This document shows positions 25,828 through 40,406 of a stretch of DNA of 64,000 bases, piece after piece. Origin of the DNA: Convolutriloba macropyga (taxonomy: Eukaryota); NCBI RefSeq assembly GCF_964194025.1, contig NC_134474.1:62062001-62126000 (forward strand). The letters are read 5' to 3'. Below the pieces are notes generated by a model. The model was not told the origin of the DNA. It saw only the letters and a list, made by a program, of their open reading frames with translations, and ran no database searches. How positions within the stretch are numbered: the stretch's first letter is position 1; the number at the start of each line of letters is the position of its first letter. The translations under genes and the position numbers were made by a program.

Positions 25828-28652
25828 ATATGGGTTTCTTGTTCAGTCAATTTTCGCGGATGGATATATTCACTGTAGAGAGTTGTGAGAAATACGATTA
25901 AAAAGCGCAGAATATAGAATGAAAACACAATGTTGAAATTCGCTGTCTACGAGGATTTATCGAGGTTTTATATTTTGTGAACAGTAGACCAATTTCCGTT
26001 GTTCTTATTCACATTTTCCGTTATTTCAGCCCAATTTTTTGTTTTCCTTTATTAAAATGTCTAAAACTGTACACAAAACGGCAAGTATATTTAACAATAG
26101 GATAGAAGAATGTCGTTGAATGGTTTGATCTAATTCTTTTCTGAAAATTTGTCTTATGTTCTGAATTTCACATTTTCTCATCAAAAAAAGCTGCCACACA
26201 TAATTTTTCCCACTTTGCTTAAGTTTGCCAGGAGTAGAGACCTGAGATTCGCTAACTCAATCTTTAAAACTCAAATGGAGGTTGTTTTCATTGCCGCTTC
26301 CAAAAGAATCTTGAAAGAAAAAATTGCCGGTTTTTCGCTAGTTTAATTCAATTTGTAGGTAAAATGCTAGATTTATTTTTGGTATTTTGGGAGGTTTCAG
26401 CTATCAAAATGTCTATTCGGCAAAAAATTGGAACAATTCTGCATTCAGTTCTGCGCGCATATCTGGGTTTTGTTCAGTTTTTGGACTCTGATAATGAAAA
26501 AATGTTCCGATTCGGGCACAATGATTTTTCAAAACTTTTTTAACACCTTTATGTATTTTGTATTAATTACTGACAAAAATCATTTCAAATCAAAGTTCAA
26601 CTAACGCAAGTCCTTCTTACATAAAAAATTTTATTGAACATAACCTATTAGCTTTTGAGAATGAGCTCATGGTTTATAGGGCTTTGGCAGTTTTTCTTTT
26701 TATAAAACAAACCTAAATGAAAATTTCGTGTGTTGCTTGCCGTTTTTGCTTCTTTGCTGTCTCATGGCCTAATCTGACTCATCAAATAAAACCATTTTTT
26801 GGCCCAAATAGAGCAATATCGCGTTTTCAGTTGATTTTCAATGGCTCTTCTATCTTTGTCTACATTTGCCTTAACCTGTCAACCTATAGCTCACTCTACA
26901 TAACGACAGTTCAACCTTTCTTCCATAATAAAAATCTTTATTTTTGAATTTTTTTTTACTTACATCAATCGTTTCTTGGCTTTCGTGCTACGAGTTTCTT
27001 AAAACAGCGATATGATTTTTGCATGGTAGCCAATTCATGTTTTCGAATTTTTTTTCTTTACAAATAATCACTTTAGCTATAGGTCGGATTGACATCTAAA
27101 AAATGCGAAATTGAGCTAATTTGCTGATTTTAATGAATATCTTACTGGTTTGATGACTCCAAAACCACTCTCTCAAAACATTTTTTTACAAACTACTTTT
27201 GACCGGGGTTTTTTGGTTTTTTTTGCTAGACTATAAAAGATATCAGTAGTGTCCTTCAGGTGTATGAATGAAATAGTATAATAATTTCAAAAAACAGCTA
27301 ATGGTTTTAATCATTTTCAGATGAAATATTTACAAAAAACAGAAAAGTTTCTGAATCTTACCTTTCCTGTTCTTGTTTTTTTCATCAAATAATTTACTAT
27401 AAATATAAATATGGATATGAATCCCTAACTTTCTAACTTTCTGCCGAAACAAACGTTTATTATTTTTGTTGCCTATATATTTTGACTAATGTCCTTGTTT
27501 TTGAGTTTTTGAGTTTTGTATGCTTGTCAATGCTTCAGGTTTCTTTGCCTTTTTCACTTAGACCTCTAACTAAGAGCACTCATTGATAACTAATTGAAAC
27601 CAAAAGGCGAAAACTAAACTCAGTTTATAATTCAGTTTTTTAATGTTTATATCTCAAAGTCCTGTCTCAAAGTTTAAATCTCAGAGTTCTGTCCGTGTTT
27701 AGTGTGTCTTGTAGTCTACTGAATTAGCATCACTAATACCGAACCTAAATAAACTCTAGAGAGTGATATTTTTTAAAAATTTTTGGAAGTTTATGGTTTT
27801 TATGATTTTTGAATTTAATTATGTCAAAAAAATCAATGGATTATTTTGGAGCTCTAGCATTTTTTTGTTCATTAGAAAGCTTATTCTCTGAAAATACAGG
27901 CCGTATCAATTTTCCAACGGGTCAGGATTTTTTTCAACAGTTTTGTTTTCAACTGATGGTTTCTTGGCTGATGGTTTCCTTAAAAATTGCGCCATTTAAC
28001 CGATTTATTGTTTACAGTGAAAAGATAATCTTTTTCAGGGTTGTGTTTCTGTTGGTATTTAGTCGCATGACATAATCTGGAAAATGGTAGTTCTGAATTG
28101 CTTCCTTATGATTTTTTGTGTTACTAGTTTTCAGTTGCTTCCTCAATTATGCATGCTGTAGTATAATGATTTTTTTAACGATTTCAGTTGATACGTAATG
28201 GTTTTCATGGTTTAGAAAAAAATACTTTTCAAAAATGGAAATTTGTTTTTGAAGTTTTCCTTTTCTTCAGTCTTTTTTCGAACTATTAGGAGTCGCATTG
28301 GGGACAGGTCTCATAGTTATTGTGGTTATGTACAGATCAATCTGTTTAGGTTTTATGATGTCAATTTAATTTTGTATATGTGGTTTATTCTGAACATACC
28401 CATGGAGTTTTGAGTGTAATTAATGTTTGTTTTTAATTGACTTTAACTTGTATCTTGTCTCTTAGCCTCATTATTTGCGGGTTTCATCAACCATCTAATG
28501 AGGCCACTTTTTCACGTTTTCATTTAGTGGTCTGTTGAACAAAATGTGATTGTTTGAAAATATCTGTCTCTTCCTCATTTGGAAGACCATTAGGTTAAAA
28601 ACGCGGATGAGCGGCTTCTGAACATTATGTGCAAACGCCGAGCCTCCTTGTT
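25828..28652 (+). mobile_element. HINE-A copy 4 (5' tip lost in gap)
   Basis: Begins with the family sequence TTGTTCAGTCAATTTTCGCGGATGGATATATTC. 3' end GATGAGCGGCTTCTGAACATTATGTGCAAACGCCGAGCCTCCTTGTT with a partly deleted hairpin. Internal similarity to copy 1 (GAGTTCTGTCCGT at ~27685). Confidence 0.75.
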
Positions 28653-29449
28653 ATCTTATTATTGTCAAAAAGTTAAAAGCTAATATTCAGGTCAAAAAGT
28701 GATACAAAGAATTTCAACATAGTTCTTGGAGGCGATACGGAGACTTTCTTTAAAATTTGTACAACAAAGATGAGGCCGTGCGAACGTCGAGATGTCTACA
28801 AGTATAATGCTCTTTAATTGGAGATTCAACCAGACCATAGTTTTCAAGTCCTAGTTTTTCAGCTTTTTTGTGAAGCCAGATCGTAAATGCGTACTGATTC
28901 AACGAAAAGGCGCGGTAAATCTATTGTAACAAGTTAGGGGAAAAAATATAATTTTCAGAGAAAAAGTAAAAAACGGTTTCTCAAACAAATACAGGTTAGA
29001 AATTTTTTAGAGGTATTTCTGAAGCATGACTGTGATGAAACGCAAGAAACAATTGTTTAATCATTATGTGAGACAATTGTTTAATAATTTACAATATTTT
29101 CTCTTCATCCGCCAAAATTAAGATCGAAAACTCCGTTTTATGTAAGTCCGTTCGTTAACGTCTGCGAAAAAGAAGGAATTTGAACTCAGACAACTCAGGC
29201 AGCAGAATTTTTAACGGCACGGCGACTAATATGAAGTAACTAATTTTTTGAAGCATGTTTACAGAAGTTTTTTGGGTTGACTTCGGTTCTCCTAATTATC
29301 ACATTTTTAGGTTACTCTTCAAATTGAGAACAAGTTTGAGTCCACGCCTTCAGTCCTGAGGAAAATAACAACAGATTAGCTCAAAATATTCGCGACAAAA
29401 GCAGGAACAACTCCTCAGAAGTTAGAAGTTGAAGCGTCTAAATTTGGTA

Positions 29450-32400
29450 CCAGTTCAAAGAACAAGCATGTTTTTGGGGTGCCAAAACGAGACCAATCGC
29501 GCTTTTGGGCTTCGGGTTTCAAAACTCTGTGTATGGAAAACTGACTTCACTATCGTGTTTAAATCACTTTTGTTCTAAAAAAACTGCAGATCAGAAGTTT
29601 TCCGCTTTAATATATAGCATCGTGTCTGTTTAAATCGGATGCAAATTTGATCGAAGCCTTTTCCTGCTGCTTTTGAAACAGGTTTTGATAATCATTATTC
29701 ACTCTTCAAAAAATACTTCAAGCTATTTGAGATTTTCTTAAAGCTGGATCACTGAACTTTCAACTGAATGAGAACATCGATTATTTGTCAAGGGCAAATA
29801 TTCAAATAAGGAAAAAAATAGTCAAAGAAGTTTTGTAAGGAACAGTGTCGGTTCCGTTGCTCAAAAGACTTTTCATGGCAATCTTGAATTGACGAAGAGT
29901 TGAAATACTAAAAAATGACGACTACTACTTTGATCAAGCTCAATATTTCAGATCATGTGTATGTAAGAGGAAACGAGTAAAATTTTGGGAATGGCAGTTG
30001 ACAAAGTACCAGATCGTTAAGACATTGAAAGTTGTAGCACAAAACTTGTCGCCTACCGGAAAGACACATTGCGAGGCTCAACTTAGGGCGAGTCTATTGG
30101 CAACACTGGAGAAGAAAAGAAGTTAAAAGCAGAAAAATTATGCGACTCCGAAAAACACAACTTGTTTAATCAGCAGGAACTGCTAGTAGGAAAGCTAGAT
30201 GTAGTTTACACAGAAAGCATTTAATTAATGAACTTAACAGTCTGGAGCCGATGATTTGCAAACCTGAGTGATAATAGGAGCTACTATAACCTGGACAAGC
30301 AGTACGGGCACAGTGAGGATTGTGCATCCACAACGAATAGCAAAAAATGATCCAAGTCAGACGGTAATTTCAACAATAAAGTTGCCTCAAACTCAAAAGG
30401 TTATTGATGAGGTTTCTTCTCACAAGTCTGCTACCAACAAGAGTAGAAAGCAACTCAGTGTTGCCAAGGTGCGCTCGTCGAGTCATAGAGAAGTTTTGAA
30501 AATTGCTGGAAATCGAACACTTGATGGCCAAACAAGAAGCAGAAAAACAGCTGAGAGACCGGCAAATTCAATTCGAAAAAGAATGAAAATCAATGAAGCT
30601 CCAATAAAGCAGAAAGAACGAGAAGAAGAGTTACGCCTTCGACAGTGTTAGCAAGAATTAAAAACGATCGAAAGAAAGCGGAAGCAGAGAAGTAGCTACA
30701 ATAGTTCCAGATCGAGCTAACCAAAGGAAGCTCATAAACATCTGCATCAGCGTTAGACAAAACAGAAAGTGTTGGAACAGACCAAAGACAAGAATAAAGC
30801 CAGATTGGCTATAAAACAGTGCCCAAGCACTCTGAAGCTAGCCGGCCACTATCTCCGGGTATAGGCGCTTTTCAGCGCAGTTAACTGAGCCGAGCGTTCT
30901 CAAGGGACCAGAAATTCATAAATCAATTAGAGTTACAAACCCGCAAACGCACTTGACGACGTTTCAGCAGCAAGGAACGTCAGCATTCCAAAACAGACAG
31001 GAGTCAGAGTCCCATAAGCAGCTCTCGAAACAGATGCACTAAGAGTACAAAAAGCAGCAGAGTGATCCAAACCACTCCCCAAGTCGCTTACCAGTATCGG
31101 GTGGTTGTTCCAGCGGCTTGTCAAAACTAAGGCTAACTGAGTCTTCAGCAGAGCTCATAGAGCGTCCGGGGTGGTCGGGCCTTTTTGATGTTGCTATTCA
31201 TCAAAAACAATTCAGCGATACTGGAAAGAAGCAATACCTAAAATTCACTCTCTTCGGTCAAGGAAGAGCAGCAATACAGTGAATGGAAATCAGCTCACAA
31301 TCAAATTATCTTGATTGAAATAGAGTCTGTGAAAGGTACAACGGGCATTGTCAAATCTGTAAAATTTTAGTTACGCATTTGGTAAACACTTTAACTCAAC
31401 TTTGACACACATCCGACCTAGAAGCAGAAGGAGGGTTAAGTTTTAAAAAAAGATCACTTTCTGCGCAACTGATAGAACAGTTGTTGCAGTATATGCAAGA
31501 TTGTCGATTATTGAGAGCAAAATTGATTGCTTACGAAGAGTGCCTGGCCTCCAAAGCGGCTATACATAAGAACTTATTAGCACAGACAAATTATTCGGCT
31601 GACAGAAGTAAATTTCAAAACCGCGATGAGCTGAAGACGAATGCTGAAGATTCAAACAAACCTAAGATCCTCTCTTCAAGAACGGACAACGCCCTGCTAG
31701 TGTATTTTAAGTTCAAAACATATAGAGTAATTAAAAGAGAAGAGCGTGTTCATAACTTTTGACTCTGTTTCGTTTGAGACCAGATCACCAGTCGAAGTAC
31801 TGCAAAACAGAATTTGCAGTGTATACAACTGTGGATGGCGACACAAAAGATTTTTGCTTAGCAACCTCTCAAAGAAGGAAGCCATAGCAAGTGTCTCAGA
31901 CGCTAAAACGGCAGTGACCACCAACATCACTCTAAGGAACAATCAAACTAGCGATCAAACTGAAGAACAGATACCGAAACGCTTGTGATTCGGGATCTTC
32001 AATATCATTTGTAGACAAATCAGTGGTAACCCAACTTAATCTTCAAGGCCTCAAGCTGTCCTTATCACTTGCAGGGATCCTTGGCTCACAGGATGCCAAG
32101 TCTGAAATAGTACTGATAGCTGTTTTTGAAATAGTACTCAAAGCCCATAAGAGATCTCAACCATTACCATTGACAACAGTGCAATTCTTTATACACGATA
32201 AACAAAAATGATTGGCCGAAATTAGGAGTTACTAGAGTTGAAAAACCATCGCCCACACGTGAGGAACTTGCCAAATCAGACCTACAATACAAACGAGGTT
32301 CCAGTGGTTCTAAGACAAGATAGTAACAACATTCATTGCCCTTTTGAACTCAAGAAGTCAGAGAACAAAATTGCACCATGAGAAGTGAAATCATTAGCTG

Positions 32401-35400
32401 ATTCTTGAGTGGTCCACTGCCAGTAAGATAATAGCAGCAGCACTCGCCATAACAACAACAACAAATGAAGATGACCAATTAGCAAACCAGTTGAATAAGT
32501 AGTGAGACATCGAGTCCTACGCCTCAAAACTGCGATGTCACCGGTCATTCGAAAAACGAAAAACAAGCAATCAAGGTATCGGAGCAAAGAACTAGGTTCA
32601 ACGGCAAAAGGTACGAAGTTGAACATCTGTGACGAGAGGACGAAATGAAGTTGCGGAACGACTTCTACTCTGCAGAGGGCAACACATTCCGAACGATAGA
32701 AAAATCAGACGCTGAAAAGCGCTACCGATGACAACGCCGGAGACCTTCGGATTGCTGATCAAAATGAATTGAATGAAACCCGATAGAAACCAAAATGATA
32801 TTTGCCACTTCATTCCGTCAATCACTCACATAAACCAAAAAGAGTCCTAAATATGTGGAATGAAGCAGCAAAGTATCAAGGCGTAGCCCTTAACGACAAA
32901 AATTTATCTGAACTGAACATGTCGCAGAGTCTGATTGGAGCCAACTTGTTGCGAGAACATCAGACAGCTTCATCAGCCGACATCGAAGCGATGCTTCTTC
33001 AATTCACTATCTCAAGCGACGTCAAACGATCTCTTTAAAGTTTCTGCCGAAAAGATTCAGAACAGAAAATGTATGTTTAGGAGTATAAAGGACACGTTCT
33101 GGCGCAAAAAGTTTGTCGGCTGATGTCAAGTGGTGGAGAAAAATGCAGAAAAAGATAAGTCTCGTCAAATCAGTTCAGTTAAACTCCTACATGAATGAAT
33201 TCCTTAAATCGGTCATAAAACGTCAAGAAGCAAATGAAATTTACTAGAAAAAGAAATGCATCCACGGTAAAGGTGAATTTAAATTGACGAAATGGATAAC
33301 AAATGACAATGAAGGCAGGTCACAGATCCCGGAGACAGACACCTGTAAAAACGAAACCTGTGATAACTTTCGAAGCTGAACCGCAATTAATTCCACGCTT
33401 TGCAATAAACTGGAACATTGATACAGATGGTCTCATTGTCTGTCACGAAACTGAGCAAGAAGCCCGAGGAAAAAGTACTCGGATAATTGCACTAATATTT
33501 GTCTCCGCAGAGTTCCAACCACCTGGGATATGTTCACCCTTCATTATACAATTGCAACTTCTGCTTAAAAGCAATTTGGCAGCAATAGGACGAGCATGGG
33601 ACAAAGAGTTGCCATGAAACCACTTAAAACTGTACGTTGATTAGGGCTCTGAGTTGACAGAAATAGGAACGATATGAAAAAACCGACTTTTTTGAAAAAG
33701 CACGCACAAACTTTAAACTTCACATCGTTACAGATGCATCAGAAATAGCAATTTGCAACTGTAGCAGGTCTGCAGAAAGCATGTAGAACGCATCAGTACC
33801 CACCGTTAGCATATCTGGATGTAGCACCTATCAGACACATGACAATACCGAAGTTAGACCTCCAAGCCGCATTTTACGGAATTCGTCTCAGAAAGAATTA
33901 ACTCAACAAACAAGATGGAAAATTCTATCATCGGACCTACTCAACAACGTTCTTACAGTTAAGTGACTACAAGCAGCGCAGAAGAAGCAAAAAGTGTTTG
34001 TTGCAAACATGTCGCCAGAAAAGCACAAACACTCATTGATGGATCAATGAAGACCAGTGAATGGTTCCGAAAAATCTGCCAATGTAAGAAACCGAGGATT
34101 TAGCATTAAAGGACGCCTGAAGTTAGTGTGGTTAAACTGGTTGGCATGGCTACAAAAGCATAAAGAGAAGTTGTCAAAGCCGTGCTGTCGAGAAAACGAA
34201 GTCTAACTTGAGCAACAAGCTAACTTTGCTGTAGTAAAGGAAGCACACGTTAACCAACCGTTTGACTGGAATCGCTAAAACAGCTTCAATAGAGTCAAAA
34301 ACTTTATCATCCACTGCATGAGGTTCAAGGCGAAAAAAATGGGCCTTTCACAGCACACGAGATACATCAGGCGAGCAACAATTTTTTTCGATTGGGTCAA
34401 AACGACAGCTTCCCGATTGTTTCAAAGTCGATAACAGAGGAAGGTGGAACAATTCGAGTGAAACGTCAACTGAATCATTCGACACTTGATTACAATATCA
34501 ATTTTGTAAACAGCCAAGCATGAAGCTGTACAACATCTGGTGAAGAGAGCTCATCGCGACAACCAACACGAAGGCACGAGTTATATGAGGAACTTTCTTC
34601 AACAAGGGTTCTCGATTGTTGGTTTGCAAAGTGCATTGCAAAAAGTCACGTCGAGATGTCAAACACAGACACAGGAACGGCAAACCAATCCAACCACCGA
34701 TAGCGGTACAACCTCGAGAAAGAAATGATTATGTTCATTTTTCATTCAGCCATACCGTAGTTGATTACTTCAGACCCAGTGATGTGAAGTTCCTATGACG
34801 TATCTTAAAGATATGGTGCTATCTCCTCACTTGTCTGACAACAAATCGAATATGCACAGTCACTGACCACCGAGTCAATTCTAGCTCCAGTTAAAATATT
34901 CATTTTAAGACGTGGTTACTTTTGCACAATCATAAGCGACAACTCGGATCAGCCAATGAACTGAAGTCTTTCCTGGACAAATGGGAAAAAACTAAGATTG
35001 AAAGTGACTTAGCTCAGAAAAAGAGTGTTTTCAAATTCAAACCTCCTGAATCGCCACACTTTGGTGGAATCTGAGAATGAATGGTTCAAAGATGTAGAAA
35101 AGTAATGATTGCAATTCTGGACAATCAAAGCCACGCTGAGGAAGTACTCAGTACATCAATGTGTCTTGTAGAGCAAATTTTTAACGCAAGACCCCTGACA
35201 GCAGAAAATGAAGACCCGAAACCTTTGAAAACCCTCACACCTAATCAATTCCTGTTAGGATGAAAAAGGCGAATGCATCAATTATGCCATCCAGTGAAAG
35301 CTATCACAACTCGATAAAACCTTCAAAACGGCTCATTAAGCATATGCGGACATGATCTGGAAAAGATGGACTTGTGAATATCTTCCCTTTGGAATCAGAG

Positions 35401-36300
35401 ATGGATGTGCACAACAGAATATGCTCCAAACCTTAAAGAATGAGACCTTGTGGGGATGGAAGGTGACTCAATGAAACGATGTGAAATCAAAATGGGACAC
35501 GTCATCCAAGTCGTCAAAGGCGACGATGGCGTCGAAGGATCAACGGTCAAAATGGCACGTGTTGAAATTAACAGACCGGTAGTGAAATTAGCACCAGTAT
35601 TTTTTGATGGCGTTCCCGAGATCGACAACAGGGACGCCGATGTTGGCGCCAATTTTGAACAGAAGCATGCGCCATCAGACTAGCAGAAATGAAATCAAAA
35701 CTTAAAAACTTGAATTTCTGACTTGAATTCGAATAGGTCGAACCCAAAAAAAATTATACCAAAGAACAGAAATTTTTTACACACCACCCCCCCCCCCCCG
35801 ATATTGGAAAGGGAAACCTTGAGCTACCAGAGGTTAAAACACATGGTTAGGGTAATTTCTAGGCTATCCATGGGCCAGTGAAAACTATTGCATCAAACCT
35901 ACAAGTGCAGCTATTAGCATTTTTAGTGTACAGAAAGTACATTTTTGATATCTTGTCATTTATCGTTAAATTACTTAAATTGAATTAAAATACTTAAATC
36001 ACTGTATGTGATTAGCCAATCAAAAACAAGTAAAAATGATGTTAAAAATGATATCAATTGTATGTTTTACTTTCAACGAATTGCTTGATTAGTGCAACCA
36101 TAGTGCAATTAGAACCAGTTCCAACTATAAGAAAGAGTAATTGGCTCTCAAGTTGGACTGTAAATTGATTCTCCGCCGAATTTATTCCGTTACGCTACAT
36201 TTTGCGACATGTAAATATCTTCCGAGTTTTAGTTAACTGAGTTTTCTTGACAGGAAACTAACAACAATACTAGCATTAAGCTAAAGCCTGACATATTTCA
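29450..36300 (+). mobile_element. BEL/Pao LTR retrotransposon, heavily decayed
   Basis: Fragmented domains in BEL order: gag (WSGLFDVAIHQ...KKQYLK, ~31170), protease (CDSGSS, ~31984), RT (ADIEAMLLQ; YMNE in place of YMDD, ~33188), RNase H (LHIVTDASE; TIPKLDLQAA), integrase (HTVVDYF; IISDN; PHFGGI; NARPLT; LTPNQFLLG) and terminal RPVVKLAPV. Outer ends are approximate. Confidence 0.9.
35641..36300 (+). repeat. Probable 3' LTR of the BEL element
   Basis: TGTTGGCGCC begins right after the purine-rich end of the integrase ORF, as is usual for BEL. The 3' end is uncertain and no matching 5' LTR was recognised. Confidence 0.45.
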
Positions 36301-37146
36301 CCATGATAGTAAACATATCACCAAGGATATTCTTGACTTGAGTCAGAACTAACGTTATGGTCCTCTAAGACAACCGGGCGACTAATAGTTTCGACGAGAT
36401 TGTTTGTCAGTTGGAACCGAGTGACGAACAAGGCAGGCGGAAAAATCGAGTACCAGACCGGGAAATCAGTTTCAGCTGAGATTCTTGAACAGCCGTAACA
36501 CGTGTTTTTGAGCAAGAAAGGATTGAAAATGTGAAATAGTGTGCAAAGAGTCTTATCAAGTTATAGCTTTTGAGCAGTTAGAGCCATGGCCTTTGATAAT
36601 AATTTTGCATATACCGTAGTGATTTAATTTGTAAAAAATGTTAAATGAATTGGTTAAGTGAAATAGTTAAAACGTGATGTTTTGTTCGTAAATTAATTCA
36701 GTTGCTGAGAAGCGCAAGCATCATCATGTGCCAGCAGAAGAACCGAAACAAAATTTCCAGCATTAAATTAGTCTAGCAGGCTGATTTAAACAAAACCCGA
36801 TGCAAATTATGAACGAAAACATTGTAAAAGAAAAAAGGGTCACTTCTTATGAATCTTAGTATTTCATAAATAGATAGAATTTGTTTAGTTCCATTCTGCT
36901 TGAAAAAGATTTACAACTAAAAGTAGAATTGCAACTGAAATTAATCTCTTTCAAGCAGAAAATTAATCGCTCTACATCTTTGTGAAATGCTTCTTTTTTC
37001 GATAACAGTCATTTCTCACTATTTAATGCATGTAAATTTGTAGACCACTATTTAGAAATCAGGCAAGCTTCAGATCCAAGCTTCGATCCTCGGAGTTTGA
37101 AACTTTTCAAGTTTCAGGAACTCTGGAAATGAAAATCATTTTGTCT

Positions 37147-39340
37147 TTGTTCCGACCAACTTAAGTGAGGGGGAAATATAGGCTCAAGTGGAATTCTTTG
37201 GTTCAGTCCAATTTGACCCATCATTGTGGTCATTGTAGAGGGTTGTCAGTGTTATCATTACAGATTTGTTTAATTTCGTATCCTCCACGGAGTTATAGAG
37301 ATTTAAATTTTGTGAACACTTGACTGACTTTCATTGTTTCTTTTCAAATTTTGCGTTCTTCCCAAATTGTACGGTTAAAAAATTAGTAAAACTGTTAACA
37401 ATAATGTTGTTCGTTTTCCCAATGAAGACTGAAGAGTGTTATTGAACTGTTTGGTTCAGTTTTAAGCTACAAATTGTGCAAATTTTTCGAAACTCCATCA
37501 AAAAGTCACAAAATAAGCTTCATTCGTCCACTCTGAAAAGTTTGCCGAGTTAATCCACCTAAAAACTGCTGAGATAATATTCGCCAACTCCGAAGAGGGC
37601 TAGTCTGAATTTTGAATTAAAGCTTTCAGAGTGCTCGTGAATTAAAACTCTGAAGATTTTTTGCAAAGATGGCTCAATAATTATCAAAATTTAATATTTA
37701 CTTTTAATGTGGTGTCTCTTTGGTCCAATTATCTATATCTACAATATTCGAAACAATCACGTCTTGTTAATGAACGAACTGTAATAGCAAGGCCAGTTCT
37801 GGTCTAATTGTTTTTCCCCGGATTATTCGGACCACTCTAAATTGTTTCGGATTGAAAAAAATCAGCCTCTTTTTGAAAGAAATTTCTCAATTATTGCTTT
37901 TTATTTTAATTGTAAAATAGAACACCTCAATTCAAAAATAGTAATGACAGGTCCAATTGGCTTTCTGAGGATTTTCAGTGAAATCTAACTAAAAATTTTA
38001 GTCGAAATCTTTGGTCGTTTTCACTTCCAAAAATACTTCGCTTCAAATTAAAAATTGAATTAACGAACTTTGCTACTTTTTTTGCTTTCTTTGTTCAAAT
38101 TGTGGTCTAAGGTCATCAAAGACAAGTAAGTTGTCTTTAATTGATATAAAAAATCAATATCCATTGCTGTTTAACGCGTGCAGTAATAATTTTTCGGTTC
38201 CGATACTACGAGTTTTGGCACACAAACTTTTCAATTTTTGAACGCTTCCCACGTTTGAAGTTGAAATTCTCATGTCACATTATTCACTATATCAGATATC
38301 AGATAATTGATGTTGAAGACACAGACACAATTGAAAATTTAATTTTCCCCAGAGAACGATTAGGTTTTGACTAGTTGGACGCAATCTTCAAGCATTTTTT
38401 ATGGAATTTTTTTTTGTCTTCAATTTGCGTTCATTTCGTTCTCGTATTACAAAACCTGGATAATTGCAGCATTAAGCGGCAAGCTTTGTATGAACAGAGG
38501 AACCTATAAGCTGGTTAAAATTGATAGACAAAGTTTTCTTTGACATCAAAAAGTGTTTTAAAAAACATTAAGTATTTTTCAACTGCGCAATTTCGTGCTC
38601 AGTTTTGTCAGCATGATACTTAATTTTATAATTTACAGATCGCATTTCATAATGTTGATGTTGAGAAAAGTTACAAGAAAACGTAACTGATGTTTTTTTT
38701 TACCGCATTGTTTATCGTTTTAACGGCTTCAACACCAGTTTTTTCACCAAAAGCTTAACTTTTGATTTTTGTGTCTTAGTCGTTATTCTGTAATTGTATG
38801 AAATATTTGGAATAATTACAGATCTCAATGTCTTCATACGAGGGTATGAATGCACGACCACCTATGCATTTCAGCTCTAATCTAATGGTTTTCATCATTT
38901 GAAGATATTTGTTTTTAAAGTATAGAAGTAATTGCTCTTTTTGCAAAAAAAAGTGGTCACATGTTTTCATAGTGAACTACGGATAAATTAGTTTAGTTTA
39001 GGTTGTGTTCCACTCTATTTTGGTTTTGTTATTAATGTTTTTCAGAAGCATAGACATTGAATTCTGGATAAAAAAAATGTTTGGCGTATTTAGTTGGGAT
39101 TGTTATTTGCATTATCTTGTGGTCATTAATTATATCGCCAGGTCTAATCTGTCCTTTGATGTGGCATTAATTGGTTTAATAACTGATTTGAGATGGAAGC
39201 ATTCTTTTTATTCATGCACCAGTTTTGTGGACATTTCTTTAAAGTTTGCTATCTATTGCTCATCTGGTTGACAATTAAGCCAATGTGTATCAGCGGGGTC
39301 GGAACATTATGCACAAAAACACATTTCCGAGACTCCATTT
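37147..39340 (+). mobile_element. HINE-A copy 5 (diverged)
   Basis: 5' TTGTTCCGACCAAC...GAGGGGGAAATATAGGCTCAA. 3' GCGGGGTCGGAACATTATGC...ACATTTCCGAG. Confidence 0.78.
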
Positions 39341-40406
39341 TCGATATGAAGCAAACGATGGATTATTACTCTTCCGTTTTTAATTGTAGTTGAATTAACT
39401 CTAAATTATAAACTTATTACAGCGTTTCTCTTGCTTCATCTAGCAAGCTTTTCTTCAAATAGTGAGTTGTTCAATGTGTTTCCAAAGCTGCCTCATTAAC
39501 TATTTTAAATAGTTTTTCGTTTTGGCAGCACTTTTTCCCAGCGCTTACGACCTGCATCTGAACTTTAATATATGCCATATTGCGCGTATTCTGAACATAA
39601 TTTGTTCGAATACAGCACACCTGAAGAGCTTTATCATTCTCTGTGAAATTTTTGACGAATTGACCTAACACAAAAAGTTGACCCAATACAAACTACGAAA
39701 ACAAACAGTAGGTATGAAAAGGAATTTACTAAATGGTGAATCTCTCCCGAGGGATTACATTCCAAATTTAGAACATTTGTCATATTCCAATTTCTGTACA
39801 ATTTCAGAAGAGATCGTTCTCTCTAGTCTGAATAAACGTTGGGGGGGGGGGGGGGGGTTGTAAATTTGGTATGGTCTTTTTTCCAACAGCTGTTGTTTGA
39901 TTGCTTCTATAGGGGAAATAGAACTTTGCATCAATTAACTGTTCGATCAAGTATACAAAGAATTCTGAGCTGAGAAACGATACAGGTAAATATTCAGGAA
40001 AATCTACATAGTATGAAACATTATTTGAAAAAAAATTAGAGTAAACTGTGTTTTACTTTTAATTCTAATGAGCTTTCGCCAATAAGTAAGCTGCATTAAA
40101 TTCAGAATGGCAGCAATTTAACAAGCAATAACTAAGAACTCAATTATAAAATTTCTTTAAAAAATCTCAGAAGAAAAATAGGTCGTACGAAAAATGCAAC
40201 AAAAAGGACCAACAGGACTAAGATAATTGCTTCAAATTGGAGCAATTAACAACGCACTTTTTGCCCTTTTCGATTTCACTTATTACGAAGTTATGAAAGT
40301 TTTAAATTCAGATCTTTATATTATAACAATCTTGCGTAAATTTTGACAATTAAATTGGATCAAAATAGCCAATTCAAACAAAAAATAGAGATTTTTAGAA
40401 CAAAGT

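Noticed and set aside
28660-29450. Candidate 5' LTR of the BEL element
   Set aside because: No recognisable identity to the sequence starting at 35641.
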